In this document: in pieces, positions 49,318 to 59,403 of the stretch
How the letters are laid out: each line of letters begins with the position of its first letter
Numbering within the stretch: the stretch's first letter is position 1
DNA from: an uncultured bacterium
GTDB lineage: Bacteria; Verrucomicrobiota; Verrucomicrobiia; Verrucomicrobiales; DEV007
Reading direction: 5' to 3'
Assembly: GCA_963977015.1 (NCBI GenBank)
Contig: CAXBMO010000029.1
Span: 1-64,000 of the forward strand
Length of the DNA stretch: 64,000 nucleotides
Notes under the pieces: generated by a model
Told to the model about the DNA's origin: nothing
Seen by the model: only the letters and a program-made list of their open reading frames with translations
Database searches by the model: none
Translations under genes and position numbers: made by a program

Positions 49318-49790
49318 TCTGGTGTGGTGAGGGATTTGACGAGGGGTATCAGAATCTATTCGGGTTTGCCAATGCAGGACTCATTTTACGGAAATTATAA
49401 AAATTATCAATCACTTTATTTAGATCGAAGGGCAGTTTTGCAAATTTGAACGCGTTTGATAAGAAAAAAAGGAATCATCTTCCTGTCTAGAGGACGAACT
49501 AACTCAAAATTGCAGACTGTTTCTCACTTTTGAATATTAAAATTAAGAAAATGAAGAAATGGAGCTTGATGAGAGAGTTGGAGCTCCTGCTTGTTCGCGT
49601 CCCTTTTGGATAAGTCACACCTCTTCACCAGTTTTGCGGTCCCTCGCTTTGTGTGAAGGGAAACGAGAAGTCGTAGCCAACCGGATCCTTATTCCAGGGA
49701 CGTCAAAAATTGATCTGATCCAGCAAAGCCCTCTCTTGCGTTTATCTGGGAAAGGTCCACAATCTAGGCTTTTCCCTGTTCCCTGTTTTA

Positions 49791-50288
49791 ATGGCAAGAA
49801 CTTCGTTACCACCCAGGCCTCGGCCAACCTACGGTCCCCAGTCCATTGCGATTGTTGGAAGCCTCTATAATCGCAAACTGGTCGATTCCCTCGTCGATTC
49901 GGCTCATGAGGAGCTGAAGGCGATTTTGCCGGGGGAGAAGTTCCCCATTTTTCGCGTTCCCGGTGCCTTTGAGATTCCTGTAACGGTTGAGAATCTTTGC
50001 CGCCGTGGCGCGTTCAGCGCGATTATCGCCCTGGGAGTCATCATTCGCGGTGAAACGGCTCACGCGGACTTGGTGGCGAGCTCGGTCACGGATGGTCTAC
50101 AGAATATTGCGATCGAGCACGGCACGCCTGTCATTCACGAGGTCTTGCTCGTTGATACGGAACGCCATGCCTTTGAGCGTTGCATGGGAACGGAAATTAA
50201 CCGTGGAATCGAAGCCGCGAGAGCCGCTGCCGGGATGGCAGATCTCTTTGGCCAAATCGCGAATGCTTATCCAGCGAATCACGCATGA
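49791..50288 (+). CDS. ribH: 6,7-dimethyl-8-ribityllumazine synthase
   Basis: VPGAFEIP and GVIIRGETAH motifs. Confidence 0.93.
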   Translation: MARTSLPPRPRPTYGPQSIAIVGSLYNRKLVDSLVDSAHEELKAILPGEKFPIFRVPGAFEIPVTVENLCRRGAFSAIIALGVIIRGETAHADLVASSVTDGLQNIAIEHGTPVIHEVLLVDTERHAFERCMGTEINRGIEAARAAAGMADLFGQIANAYPANHA

Positions 50289-50704
50289 GTAACAGAAGAA
50301 GAAAGGGGAGGGAAGCCGCGCTTCAGTTGCTCTTTGCCTCCGATATTGAGGGCGAGTTGAGTGACGGCCAGAATCGCAAGAATTTTTGGGAGCTTTGCAA
50401 CGTGAAAGCTTCGCGGAGGGAATTTGCCGAGGAATTGGTCAACGGAGTTCTTGAGAACCTCGAAGCGATAGACTCGGTTTTGCGCCGTTGTGTCGATAAC
50501 TATGAATTGCCACGGCTGGCTGCGGTTGATCGGAATCTCCTCCGGCTGGCGACCTACGAAATTTTGCTCGTGGAAGCAGTGCCGCCGGCTGTAGCGATCA
50601 ATGAAGCGATCGAAATCGCCAAGGATTTCGGGACACCGGAATCCAGCCGGTTCATCAACGGAATTCTGGATCGGGCTCAGAAAGAAGCGATCACGGCGAT
50701 TTGA
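50285..50704 (+). CDS. nusB: Transcription antitermination factor
   Basis: RRKGREAALQ, DRNLLRLA, INEAIEIAK and FINGILD motifs. Confidence 0.95.
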   Translation: MSNRRRKGREAALQLLFASDIEGELSDGQNRKNFWELCNVKASRREFAEELVNGVLENLEAIDSVLRRCVDNYELPRLAAVDRNLLRLATYEILLVEAVPPAVAINEAIEIAKDFGTPESSRFINGILDRAQKEAITAI

Positions 50705-50707
50705 GTT

Positions 50708-51553
50708 ATGGGACTGTTTGATTCCATCCTTAAGCGATTCGGCAACAAGGAGATCGATTGGGACGATCTGGAGGCGATGCTGATTGGTGCCGATTTGGGC
50801 GCTCCGCTCGCCATGGAGATTATCGATGAATTGCAGGATCTCGGGCGGACGCTCAAAACCCAGGATGTTTTGGATCGAACCCGGGAGGCAGTGGTTAACA
50901 TTCTTCCGGAATCCGTTCCCGGCCTGCAGCCTCTGGAAAATGGGAAGCCGCGGGTGGTTCTCGTTGCGGGGGTGAACGGCACCGGAAAAACGACATCGAC
51001 CGCCAAACTTGGCTACTTCCTCAAACAGCAGGGCCTCAGCGTGATGTTTGCAGCGGCGGACACCTTCAGGGCTGCCGCCATTGAGCAGTTGGTTTCGTGG
51101 GCCGAGCGGACGGACATCCCCATTGTTAAGACCCAGTATCAAGGTGATCCAAGCGCCGTTTGTTACGACGCCTATGAAGCGGCGGAAAAACGGGGGATCC
51201 AGTTCCTCCTCGCGGATACGGCGGGTCGACTTCACACGCGTTCAAATCTCATGGAGGAGCTCAAAAAGGTTCGGCGCACGATGGGGAAGAAAGATCCGGC
51301 GGCTCCCCATGACCGGCTTCTGGTGGTGGATGCGACAACGGGATCGAATGCGCTGGCTCAGGCGAGAGAGTTTCATGCGGCGCTGGATCTGACCGGACTA
51401 ATCATCACCAAGTTGGATGGATCCGGCAAAGGCGGAATGGCCGTTGCGATTCAACAGCAGTTGCAGATCCCGACCTGGTTTGTCGGCACAGGTGAGAAGG
51501 TCGATGATTTCCATCAGTTTGAGCGGAAAGACTTCGTCGAAGAGATGATCTAG
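50708..51553 (+). CDS. ftsY: SRP receptor GTPase
   Basis: GVNGTGKTT, DTFRAAA, DTAGR and TKLDG motifs. Confidence 0.95.
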   Translation: MGLFDSILKRFGNKEIDWDDLEAMLIGADLGAPLAMEIIDELQDLGRTLKTQDVLDRTREAVVNILPESVPGLQPLENGKPRVVLVAGVNGTGKTTSTAKLGYFLKQQGLSVMFAAADTFRAAAIEQLVSWAERTDIPIVKTQYQGDPSAVCYDAYEAAEKRGIQFLLADTAGRLHTRSNLMEELKKVRRTMGKKDPAAPHDRLLVVDATTGSNALAQAREFHAALDLTGLIITKLDGSGKGGMAVAIQQQLQIPTWFVGTGEKVDDFHQFERKDFVEEMI

Positions 51554-51629
51554 CCTCTCTCTGTGAGTCGTTTTCGCCTCGCATGGTTTTTTGGTGGGAA
51601 GTGATTCAAAAATCCCGCAACATGATGGG

Positions 51630-52964
51630 ATGAGTGCGCAAAACCCCACGCGTCGCCAGGTTCTGAAGTCCGCTGCCGCCTGCCTGGCGCCAACCATTAT
51701 ACCAGCAAGTGCGCTCGGGTTGGGAGATCGCCCGGCCCCGAGCGAACGGGTAACGATGGGCTTCGTCGGGATCGGTCTGCAGGGAATTGGAGTGATGGAG
51801 GCATTTCTTAAGCACGCCGATGTTCAGGGAGTGGCCATCTGTGATGTTCATGACAAGCATCATCGGGATCGTGATTGGGGTGAAGGACGCGTGTTGGGGC
51901 GCGAGATCGGAAAGTCGATCGTTGATCAAACCTATGGAACTACGGATTGTGCCGCCTACTCCGACTTTCGGGAACTCATCGCGAGAGATGATATTGACGC
52001 GGTCCAGGTCTCAACTCCCGATCATTGGCATGCCTTGATTACCCTGGCGGCATTGAGAAGTGGAAAAGACGTCTACTGCGAGAAGCCCGTAACTCACTCG
52101 TTTTTGGAGGGACAGGCGCTGGTTCGAGCTGTGGCCGAAAACGGTTCCATCTTCCAGGTGGGTTCTCAACAGCGGTCCGATGCCAAGTTTCGCAAACCGG
52201 TGGAAATTGTGCGAAATGGCCATCTTGGGCAAATTCAGCGGGTGGAAGTCGGCCTTCCCCCGTGCTACTCGACGCCGCAGGGGGATCCCGCGATCATCGA
52301 GCCTCCCGAAGGATTGGACTATGACTTGTGGTGTGGACCCAGCCCCGTCTTGCCGCACATGCGGGCGAGGCACCATCGGTCGTGGCGTTATCACACCGCT
52401 TTTGGGGGAGGGACGCTCATGGACTGGATTGGTCACCACTACGACATCGCGCATTGGGGGCTTGGGGTTGAGCGCGGTGGGCCGATTTGCGTGGAAGCCA
52501 GGAATTGGACCTGGCCCGAAACCGAGATCTACGACACTCCGGTGGATTACGATATTTTGTGTAGCTACGAAGGTGGCATCGAAACCCTGATTTCATCACG
52601 CAAGCCGATGGGGACGAAGTGGATTGGCGAGGACGGTTGGCTGAGTGTCAGCCGAAAAGAGACGAGCGCGTCGAATCCCGCATGGTTGGAGGGCGAGTTC
52701 AATCCCGGTAAATGGAAAGCCTATCGTTCACCGGGTCATCAAAGAAACTTTGTGGATTCGGTCAAAAATCGGCGGGAAACCGTGGCGCCGGCGGAAATCG
52801 GGCATCGCTCCATCACCCCGGGGCATCTGGGGTGGGTATCCGCAAAAACGGGGCGACCCTTGGACTGGAATCCGGCATCGGAGACGATTGCAAATGATGA
52901 TGGCGCTCAACAGGAGCTCGAGACCTTGAACTACCGCAAACCCTGGCGTCTCGACAAATCCTGA
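51630..52964 (+). CDS. Gfo/Idh/MocA oxidoreductase (Tat)
   Basis: TRRQVL, TPDHWH, YCEKP and QVGSQQRS motifs. Confidence 0.9.
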   Translation: MSAQNPTRRQVLKSAAACLAPTIIPASALGLGDRPAPSERVTMGFVGIGLQGIGVMEAFLKHADVQGVAICDVHDKHHRDRDWGEGRVLGREIGKSIVDQTYGTTDCAAYSDFRELIARDDIDAVQVSTPDHWHALITLAALRSGKDVYCEKPVTHSFLEGQALVRAVAENGSIFQVGSQQRSDAKFRKPVEIVRNGHLGQIQRVEVGLPPCYSTPQGDPAIIEPPEGLDYDLWCGPSPVLPHMRARHHRSWRYHTAFGGGTLMDWIGHHYDIAHWGLGVERGGPICVEARNWTWPETEIYDTPVDYDILCSYEGGIETLISSRKPMGTKWIGEDGWLSVSRKETSASNPAWLEGEFNPGKWKAYRSPGHQRNFVDSVKNRRETVAPAEIGHRSITPGHLGWVSAKTGRPLDWNPASETIANDDGAQQELETLNYRKPWRLDKS

Positions 52965-52984
52965 TTTTTCGATATTCTTGAAGG

Positions 52985-53320
52985 ATGGACCCTAACAGAG
53001 AGCCAACCAAGTTTGAGCATCGCGTTTACCAGGCCCTTCAGGAAGTTCCGGAAGGGCGGGTGACGACCTACAAATTCTTAGGAAAAGCTGTCGGTTGCGA
53101 ATCGAGCCAGGCCATTGGCCAGGCGATGAAGCGAAATCCGTTTATGCCCGAAGTCCCGTGCCATCGCGTCATCAAATCCGATTTGACGATCGGTGGATAT
53201 GCCGGAAAGCGCGAGGGTGAGAAGTTATCCCAAAAACTGAAATTACTCGCCCGGGAAGGAGTTCAATTTGACGCCAATGGTCGCCTCTTGGACGAGCACT
53301 GCGTTTTCGATTTCTCCTGA
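52985..53320 (+). CDS. MGMT/Ogt-family alkyl-DNA repair protein
   Basis: PCHRV active-site motif. Confidence 0.88.
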   Translation: MDPNREPTKFEHRVYQALQEVPEGRVTTYKFLGKAVGCESSQAIGQAMKRNPFMPEVPCHRVIKSDLTIGGYAGKREGEKLSQKLKLLAREGVQFDANGRLLDEHCVFDFS

Positions 53321-53357
53321 ATAGCTTCCTGGATGGTTCAGCTTGAGTGGACGCACT

Positions 53358-53393
53358 GAAGGGAATCCTGACCACTCAGCCAGGATTCCCTTC
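53358..53393. terminator. Perfect 13-bp hairpin between convergent genes
   Basis: gaagggaatcctg-N10-caggattcccttc. No clear T-tract. Confidence 0.5.
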
Positions 53394-53583
53394 CACACAA
53401 CTTAGACAATTTTATCCCGCATCGATCAGGCCGGTTCCACCGCAACTTGGGGAGGTCGATGGAACCGATCGGTCTTGCGTTGGCGATCACCATGGAAGTG
53501 ACCGTTGTTGCCAAGACGGGAATTGGTCAGGGATTTGCGAACTAATTCCAAAACGAGCGAAATTTTGGAATTGCGGCTCGGAT

Positions 53584-56500
53584 TTAGTCCGATGCTGCAG
53601 GCTCAGGTGGTGGCTTTGGAGCGACGACCGTGAGGATTCCCTTCAAGACTTGCCAATGTCCCGGCGTGGTTGCCCGGAAGGGATAGGCGCCAGGTTTGCT
53701 TGGGGCGAGGAATTGGAGCGTGGTCGAGGCTCCCGTCGTGACCAGGCCGGTTGCATGGAGGATCTTGCTTGAAGCCGGGACGGTTTCTGAATTTTTGGCA
53801 TCACTTTGATGAATGGCTTCGACGAGTTTTCCGACCTCATCTTCGGCACCTTGATCCATCAAGACCACGTTGACGGGGGAGGCGTTCTTGTTGGTCAGGG
53901 TCATCTCCACGGGGGTGCGGGGATTCACGGAAAAGCGGGAGGGCTGATAGGACGGGGCGGCGGTTGCTTCGATCTCGACTTTCTTGATCTTCAGATCGTC
54001 TGGAGCCGCTCCCATTCGGGAAAGCGCCCGCATCGCCGTAAAACGGTCTTCGGTTTGACCTGCATACTTCGCAACCGTGATCAACGAATCCTTAAAGTCG
54101 TCGCCCAATTTGCGGGCGACGGCAGACGCCGCGGCAATTCGTTCGGGCGCGAGTTGAATATCGACCACAATCTTTGCCTCATCGGACGGCCGACTCGTCG
54201 TATACACCGCCTCTCCGTCGTTGTCGCGTAGCTCGAATTGAACCTGTGACGATTGGATGGAGCCGGGGGTGGTGTAAAGTATAACCGATTCGATCTTCAT
54301 CTCCTCACCCAAGTCCACTTCCCACCAGAGGTCATCCCCGTCAGTGCTCGACACCTGAACGCCCTGTGCTGAAGCGTCACCCGACGAGTCGACCGGGTAA
54401 AACTCTTCCTTATCCAGATTGGTGATTCCGTTAACGCCGGCAGACGAATGCTGTTCAATTTCTGAAGCCGAGTCCGGGGCCGTGAATTGACTGGTGGTTT
54501 TTCCGCTCGCCAGATTCGTCCCTTCGTAGATGACCTCCAGTTCGGTAAAGCTCAGCCGGTTGGTGTTTGGCGAGACAATCCGGACAAACCGCGCGGTCCG
54601 GTGATTCGACTGGTTTGGGGCTGCCAACTCATCACGAACCAGCGATTTGATCCGGTATTTCACGGCTTCATTCTCGGCGGCAATCTCACAGGCTCTCAAC
54701 AATTCCGTGTGGGGAAAATCGCCCTTTGCCGTGATTTTTGCGGCCAGCTCATTCGTTGTATGACTCGTGCTGGCTCCGATGAGGGATGCCGCATAAGCGG
54801 TTCTTCGCGATGCCGAATTTGGCGACTGCTCAGCGATCCGCAGAAGCTTGTCGCGCAAAAAGTGAAGTTCCCAGGCTCCCGCGTGGTTCAAGAGCTGCTG
54901 AATATTTTCAATCACCAGACTCGACGTGTTCTGGTCAGCCAGGCGGCTGACGAAATATTCCGCCAGCGTCTGTCCCTGACGCCGTGCCAGAACAATGGCG
55001 GCGCGGTGGAGCCCTGCGAGATGCTCCTTTTCGTAGATCTTACGTTCGAAGAGAACGCTCGCGGCCTGGGGTGTCATTTCGCCAGCTACCAAATCAGCAT
55101 TGGACGTTGCGATCGCTTTTGCCCGCAGACTGGGTGGCGATCCTGACGCCTTTCCTAGCAGTTTGCAGGTCTCTTCATAAATCGGCTGAAGGTCGTCAGA
55201 CATGGGCCAATGCCTTGCCAACGTCGCGATGTCGCCAGCCTTCGGGGAACCGATTTTTCGGGCGGAAGACAACGCGGCGAGGCGAACCCGGGGATCCTCA
55301 TCCTCCATGACCTTGGCCAGCAACTCCAACGGCTGATCAATACGATCGTGCCAATCCCCCAAGACCCTGGCGGCTGCGGCTCGAGCCTTCGGCTCAGGAG
55401 ATTCGGTAAGGCTGGAGAGCAGGGAGGAATCGACCCTTCCGTAGGCCTGATGCAACCAGAGGAGTTCGGTGAGAAGACGTTGCCGGTCGTCGTCGCTGTA
55501 GTCGATATCGCCGCTCCATTCATTGAGAGCCGCAAACACTTCGGTTGGGCTGCGCGTCCAGAGTTCGCGCCGGACATGCTTTCGCGCATTCGGTTCGGGA
55601 CTTCTCAACTGCTCCAACAGAACCTCGATCGGCGCATCGCTGACGTTCTGACGCCAATATTCCCGCTTTCCTCTCGCGCTAAGCCGCCAAACCCGGCCTT
55701 GATGGGGTTCGGATGCGGATTCCGAATCCATGGCCGCGTCCAAAATATAGAATGCTCCATCCGGACCGACCTTGTAGGCAATTGGCGAAAATGCCGCTGA
55801 ACCGTCGCTTTTGAGCAAAGGGTTTTGCTGGCGTTCGATCCTCAAAACAGAGCCTTCGTCTGAAACCTGGAACCAATTGATCGCGCCCGAGTCCGTTTCT
55901 GAACCGCGAACGAAGGCCGTTCTTCGTTGTTTGGGAAAGTGTGGGCTGTAGAGCAGGGTTCCACCGCTACTCGTCTGGAGAGAATGGGGTTCCGAAACCT
56001 CATGATCCAGGCTGGCGATCTGGTCGAGGAGGATCGTTTGATTTCCCTGGCTATTGATCATCAGGCCGCGCCCCCAACCGTCAAACGACAGGCTCATGCG
56101 ATCAATGAACGGGGAGTTTGAGACCATCTCCAGTTTTTCGCTCCGCGGGGAATAGTGGAGAATGGCTTGGTCTGAGATTCGCTGCACACCCCAGGCGGTT
56201 TCGACTCGGGAGTGGGTTTGTTGTCCCTGGCTGAACCAGAGCGAGCCATCCGGTCCCCATTGAAACCCGGCAAGACCAGACTCGGGGGCCGCCGCGCCAA
56301 ATCCAGAAAAGACCTCTTTCCGTTGATCGGCCACGCCGTTGTCGTCGCGGTCGAGGTAGCGAACCAGCGTTCGCTGTTCCGCGATCACCGCGCCACGCTC
56401 GGCAAGGGTAAATCCGGTTGGGAGTTGGAGACCACGAGCGAAGACAGAGTGAGAATCGACAACGTGGTCCATGTCTTCGTCCTCGAGAATGAGGAGATAG

Positions 56501-57687
56501 TCGTCAGGCAACTCAATGGAGTCGGGACTGGTCGAACTCGGCGCACACAGAACCCAGAGCCGCCCGCGTTCATCGAAGTTCATGGCGACCGGCTTGGAAA
56601 TGGGCACGTCGCGTTCCGATGCCCAGAGGCTGATTTCCAAATCATGATCCAGGGCGAACTTTTGCAGCACCTCATTGGGTCGGTTCTCGGTTTGAGGGCG
56701 AATCAGCGGATAGGCTCCCGGCACCGGAGCGCTGCTGAGGAGGTGAGGTGGAATCGTGGTCGGTTCCATGGTCCAGAGCGACATGATGCCCGGTTTTTCC
56801 ATGTTCCAGACCGTGCGGTCCGCCAACTCGATCAGCCGGTCTTTCTGTTCCAGGATGTCTTCTCGAGTGTTTTCAGAATGAACCGGCCTCCAGCGGTTGA
56901 GCCAAAGCAGATTCTTCTTGGTCACCAGTCGACGAACGGCTTCCGCGCCCCAAAAATCGGATTCGGGAGTTTCCACGATCAGCCCCAGCTTGTCCGCGAG
57001 GATCTTGCTCAGCATCCAGTGGCCATACGCATTCAGATGGATGCCGTTGTCGGTGAAAGGGCGGCGACTTCCCTGGCTCTCCGCTTCGAACGCGGTCAAA
57101 ATATCCAGAAACCGGACTTTGCTCTCGATGCAGATTTCCCGCATCGCGTCGCGATAGAGCCGCAGATTCGCATTGATGGACGCTTCGCGCGGGGACTCCG
57201 GCGCAACTTGCCGGTAGGGAACGGGAGAAACCAGAACCAGCTCCGGAGGCGTCTTTCCGTTGTAATTTTGTGACGTGCGATCCCTGATGAACTGAGCGAG
57301 TTCTTTCCGAAATTTCGGGATTCCCGCAGACCCGCCGAACGACTCGTTGAAGCCAAAGAACGCAAAAATGAGGTCGGGGCCAACTGCGAAAAGGTGGGAA
57401 TCAAGATCGCCAAATCCAGGTTCGCGCTCCAAATCGGAGACCTGATCTCCCGACCAGCCCATATTGCGAACCAAGAGGTTGTGATTGGGAAAGGCGCATT
57501 GGAGGGCGGCTTCGAAGTAGGAATGGGCTGTCATTCCTTCCGCCAATGCGTTTCCCAGGATGACGATTCGCGCCCCGGGCTCCAATTCCAACCGAGTAGC
57601 CCGGGAATCTCCCGGAAAAGCGAGCCAAAGAATCAGCCCAGCCAGCAACGGCAGGGATGGATTTCGATGGCTGGCGGACGGTCTCAT
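53584..57687 (-). CDS. Large PVC-type multidomain protein: SGNH, dehydrogenase-like propeller, HEAT repeats, discoidin-like and cupredoxin-like domains
   Basis: RNMGWSGD, GFNES, DNGIHLN; FDERGRLWV; RAAAARVL; WWEVDLG; PGAYPF..T.PGHW. Confidence 0.8.
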   Translation of the reverse strand: MRPSASHRNPSLPLLAGLILWLAFPGDSRATRLELEPGARIVILGNALAEGMTAHSYFEAALQCAFPNHNLLVRNMGWSGDQVSDLEREPGFGDLDSHLFAVGPDLIFAFFGFNESFGGSAGIPKFRKELAQFIRDRTSQNYNGKTPPELVLVSPVPYRQVAPESPREASINANLRLYRDAMREICIESKVRFLDILTAFEAESQGSRRPFTDNGIHLNAYGHWMLSKILADKLGLIVETPESDFWGAEAVRRLVTKKNLLWLNRWRPVHSENTREDILEQKDRLIELADRTVWNMEKPGIMSLWTMEPTTIPPHLLSSAPVPGAYPLIRPQTENRPNEVLQKFALDHDLEISLWASERDVPISKPVAMNFDERGRLWVLCAPSSTSPDSIELPDDYLLILEDEDMDHVVDSHSVFARGLQLPTGFTLAERGAVIAEQRTLVRYLDRDDNGVADQRKEVFSGFGAAAPESGLAGFQWGPDGSLWFSQGQQTHSRVETAWGVQRISDQAILHYSPRSEKLEMVSNSPFIDRMSLSFDGWGRGLMINSQGNQTILLDQIASLDHEVSEPHSLQTSSGGTLLYSPHFPKQRRTAFVRGSETDSGAINWFQVSDEGSVLRIERQQNPLLKSDGSAAFSPIAYKVGPDGAFYILDAAMDSESASEPHQGRVWRLSARGKREYWRQNVSDAPIEVLLEQLRSPEPNARKHVRRELWTRSPTEVFAALNEWSGDIDYSDDDRQRLLTELLWLHQAYGRVDSSLLSSLTESPEPKARAAAARVLGDWHDRIDQPLELLAKVMEDEDPRVRLAALSSARKIGSPKAGDIATLARHWPMSDDLQPIYEETCKLLGKASGSPPSLRAKAIATSNADLVAGEMTPQAASVLFERKIYEKEHLAGLHRAAIVLARRQGQTLAEYFVSRLADQNTSSLVIENIQQLLNHAGAWELHFLRDKLLRIAEQSPNSASRRTAYAASLIGASTSHTTNELAAKITAKGDFPHTELLRACEIAAENEAVKYRIKSLVRDELAAPNQSNHRTARFVRIVSPNTNRLSFTELEVIYEGTNLASGKTTSQFTAPDSASEIEQHSSAGVNGITNLDKEEFYPVDSSGDASAQGVQVSSTDGDDLWWEVDLGEEMKIESVILYTTPGSIQSSQVQFELRDNDGEAVYTTSRPSDEAKIVVDIQLAPERIAAASAVARKLGDDFKDSLITVAKYAGQTEDRFTAMRALSRMGAAPDDLKIKKVEIEATAAPSYQPSRFSVNPRTPVEMTLTNKNASPVNVVLMDQGAEDEVGKLVEAIHQSDAKNSETVPASSKILHATGLVTTGASTTLQFLAPSKPGAYPFRATTPGHWQVLKGILTVVAPKPPPEPAASD

Positions 57688-57760
57688 TGGTATCTCATCG
57701 TAATAGTAACCAATTGGGGAATGTCCGCACCCTGGAAATTTTGAGGTGCGAACGGGAACA

Positions 57761-58936
57761 TTAGTCGAACGGTGCCGTTCGATCCGAGAGTGGCAGGAAG
57801 ACCCTTTTCCGGCTGATTCCTGCTTGGAAAACGGCGGTAATCATCTCGAGCGCCTTCATCGCACGGTATCCGGAGCAAATGGGATCGCGGCGCTGAAACT
57901 GGATGGCCCGGAGCCAATCATCCACGATTCGGCGGTTGCCAATGTCCATCCAGAAGGCTTCCGGACGTTCCTTGTCCGTTTCCTCCTCCGTCGCGAAGAG
58001 TTCCACGTAGGGATAGGTGTAGTTCTGAACTTTTGCGGCGGTAACCAAAAAGGTCTTCACCGGATGACCGGCAAACACGCGAACCTTGGCCTTCGTTCCG
58101 ATCAGTTCCAGTCCCCAGGGACCGTTGAGGTGGCTTCCTTCCGGGCGACTTTGGAACGTCAAATCAACGCCATTGCTCATCGCAAAATAGGCGTGGATGT
58201 GATCTCCCGCAATCTTGCCGAGGTCTTCCTGGATCGCGCTTCGTCCGGAGTCCACCGTGATTTCGCTCCCTTTTTCCGAAATGCGGGCCGTGCACCAAAT
58301 GGCGTCACCCGCAAAATAGCGGGCGAGATCAAACAGATGGGTGCCGAGAACGACCATGTCCTCTGCGCCTGCTCTTGCGTCCTGCTTGCCGAAGAGGCGA
58401 ACTTCGAGCAGGTCGCCAATCTCGCCCTTGTCGATCGAGTCTTTCAGCTTGGTGATTTTCGGATCGAGCAGCATTTGATGCGCCACCGCGATCTTCAGGT
58501 TCTTCTCGTTCGCGATTTTGAGCAATTCATCCGCCTGCGCCAGCGTCTGGGTGAAGGGCTTCTCCAAGTAGACATGGGCGCCCGCTTCGAGGGCGGCTTT
58601 GCCCATCGCAAAATGCTGGTCGGTCCACCGTGGGGCCACGCTGACCAGATTTGGCTTCTCCACTGCCAGCATCTCTTGAAAATCCGCGTAGGCTTTCGGA
58701 GCTCCCGTCGCAGTTTTGGCCTTCTCGTGGTTCGCGGAATCCGCGTCGGCAACGGCGACAACCTGGACGTTCGGGAGATCGCGAAAGAGGACATCCAGTC
58801 GATGCCCGTAGTCGCCCCGGCCAGTATGACCGATGACGGCCGCCTTGAGAACTTCATCCTGAGCAAAGGCCCCGGAATGCGAAAGAGCCGCTGCCCCGAA
58901 GAGCAGCGACTTGGAGTGAAATTGGCGGCGATCCAC
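57761..58936 (-). CDS. Gfo/Idh/MocA oxidoreductase (Tat)
   Basis: DRRQF, GHTGRGDYGH and YLEKP motifs. Confidence 0.88.
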   Translation of the reverse strand: MDRRQFHSKSLLFGAAALSHSGAFAQDEVLKAAVIGHTGRGDYGHRLDVLFRDLPNVQVVAVADADSANHEKAKTATGAPKAYADFQEMLAVEKPNLVSVAPRWTDQHFAMGKAALEAGAHVYLEKPFTQTLAQADELLKIANEKNLKIAVAHQMLLDPKITKLKDSIDKGEIGDLLEVRLFGKQDARAGAEDMVVLGTHLFDLARYFAGDAIWCTARISEKGSEITVDSGRSAIQEDLGKIAGDHIHAYFAMSNGVDLTFQSRPEGSHLNGPWGLELIGTKAKVRVFAGHPVKTFLVTAAKVQNYTYPYVELFATEEETDKERPEAFWMDIGNRRIVDDWLRAIQFQRRDPICSGYRAMKALEMITAVFQAGISRKRVFLPLSDRTAPFD

Positions 58937-58939
58937 CGG

Positions 58940-59212
58940 TTATTTCTTAAGTTTCATGAGGAAGCTCCCCACGATGAGCAGGATGAGAGCTCCTCCGGTT
59001 GCGACCAGAATCTGCGAGACGGTTCCACCTCCTCCGATGTTGAGTTGGGAGGCGATATATCCACCGACGAACGCTCCGGCGACACCAAGAAGGATCGTCA
59101 GAATCAGGTTCATTTTCTGGCGGCCAGGCATCAACAACCTGCCCAAAGCACCAGCGATGAGGCCAATAACGACCCACCATACAAACTCTCCAAATGTCAG
59201 GGCTAAAATCAT
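58940..59212 (-). CDS. GlsB/YeaQ/YmgE-family membrane protein
   Basis: IGLIAGALGRLLMPG and LGVAGAFVGG motifs. Confidence 0.88.
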   Translation of the reverse strand: MILALTFGEFVWWVVIGLIAGALGRLLMPGRQKMNLILTILLGVAGAFVGGYIASQLNIGGGGTVSQILVATGGALILLIVGSFLMKLKK

Positions 59213-59403
59213 GATTATATCTTGTATTAGTTAATGGTTAGAAACGGCTAAATGACTGTGGTTCGTGAGTCAAGGTTGTCTACGACTTCTTTTTCGTCAC
59301 TTTGTGAGGGTTATTCGGTCGCATTCAGTGGGGCTATCATGCCGAAAATGCCGTTGCTTAACAATTATAAAAAACCGGCAATCCTGCAATGCCTGAGCCG
59401 CGT

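Noticed and set aside
49318-49790. Possible FMN riboswitch in the long AT-rich gap upstream of ribH
   Set aside because: No RFN consensus segments were seen. It is more likely a divergent promoter region.
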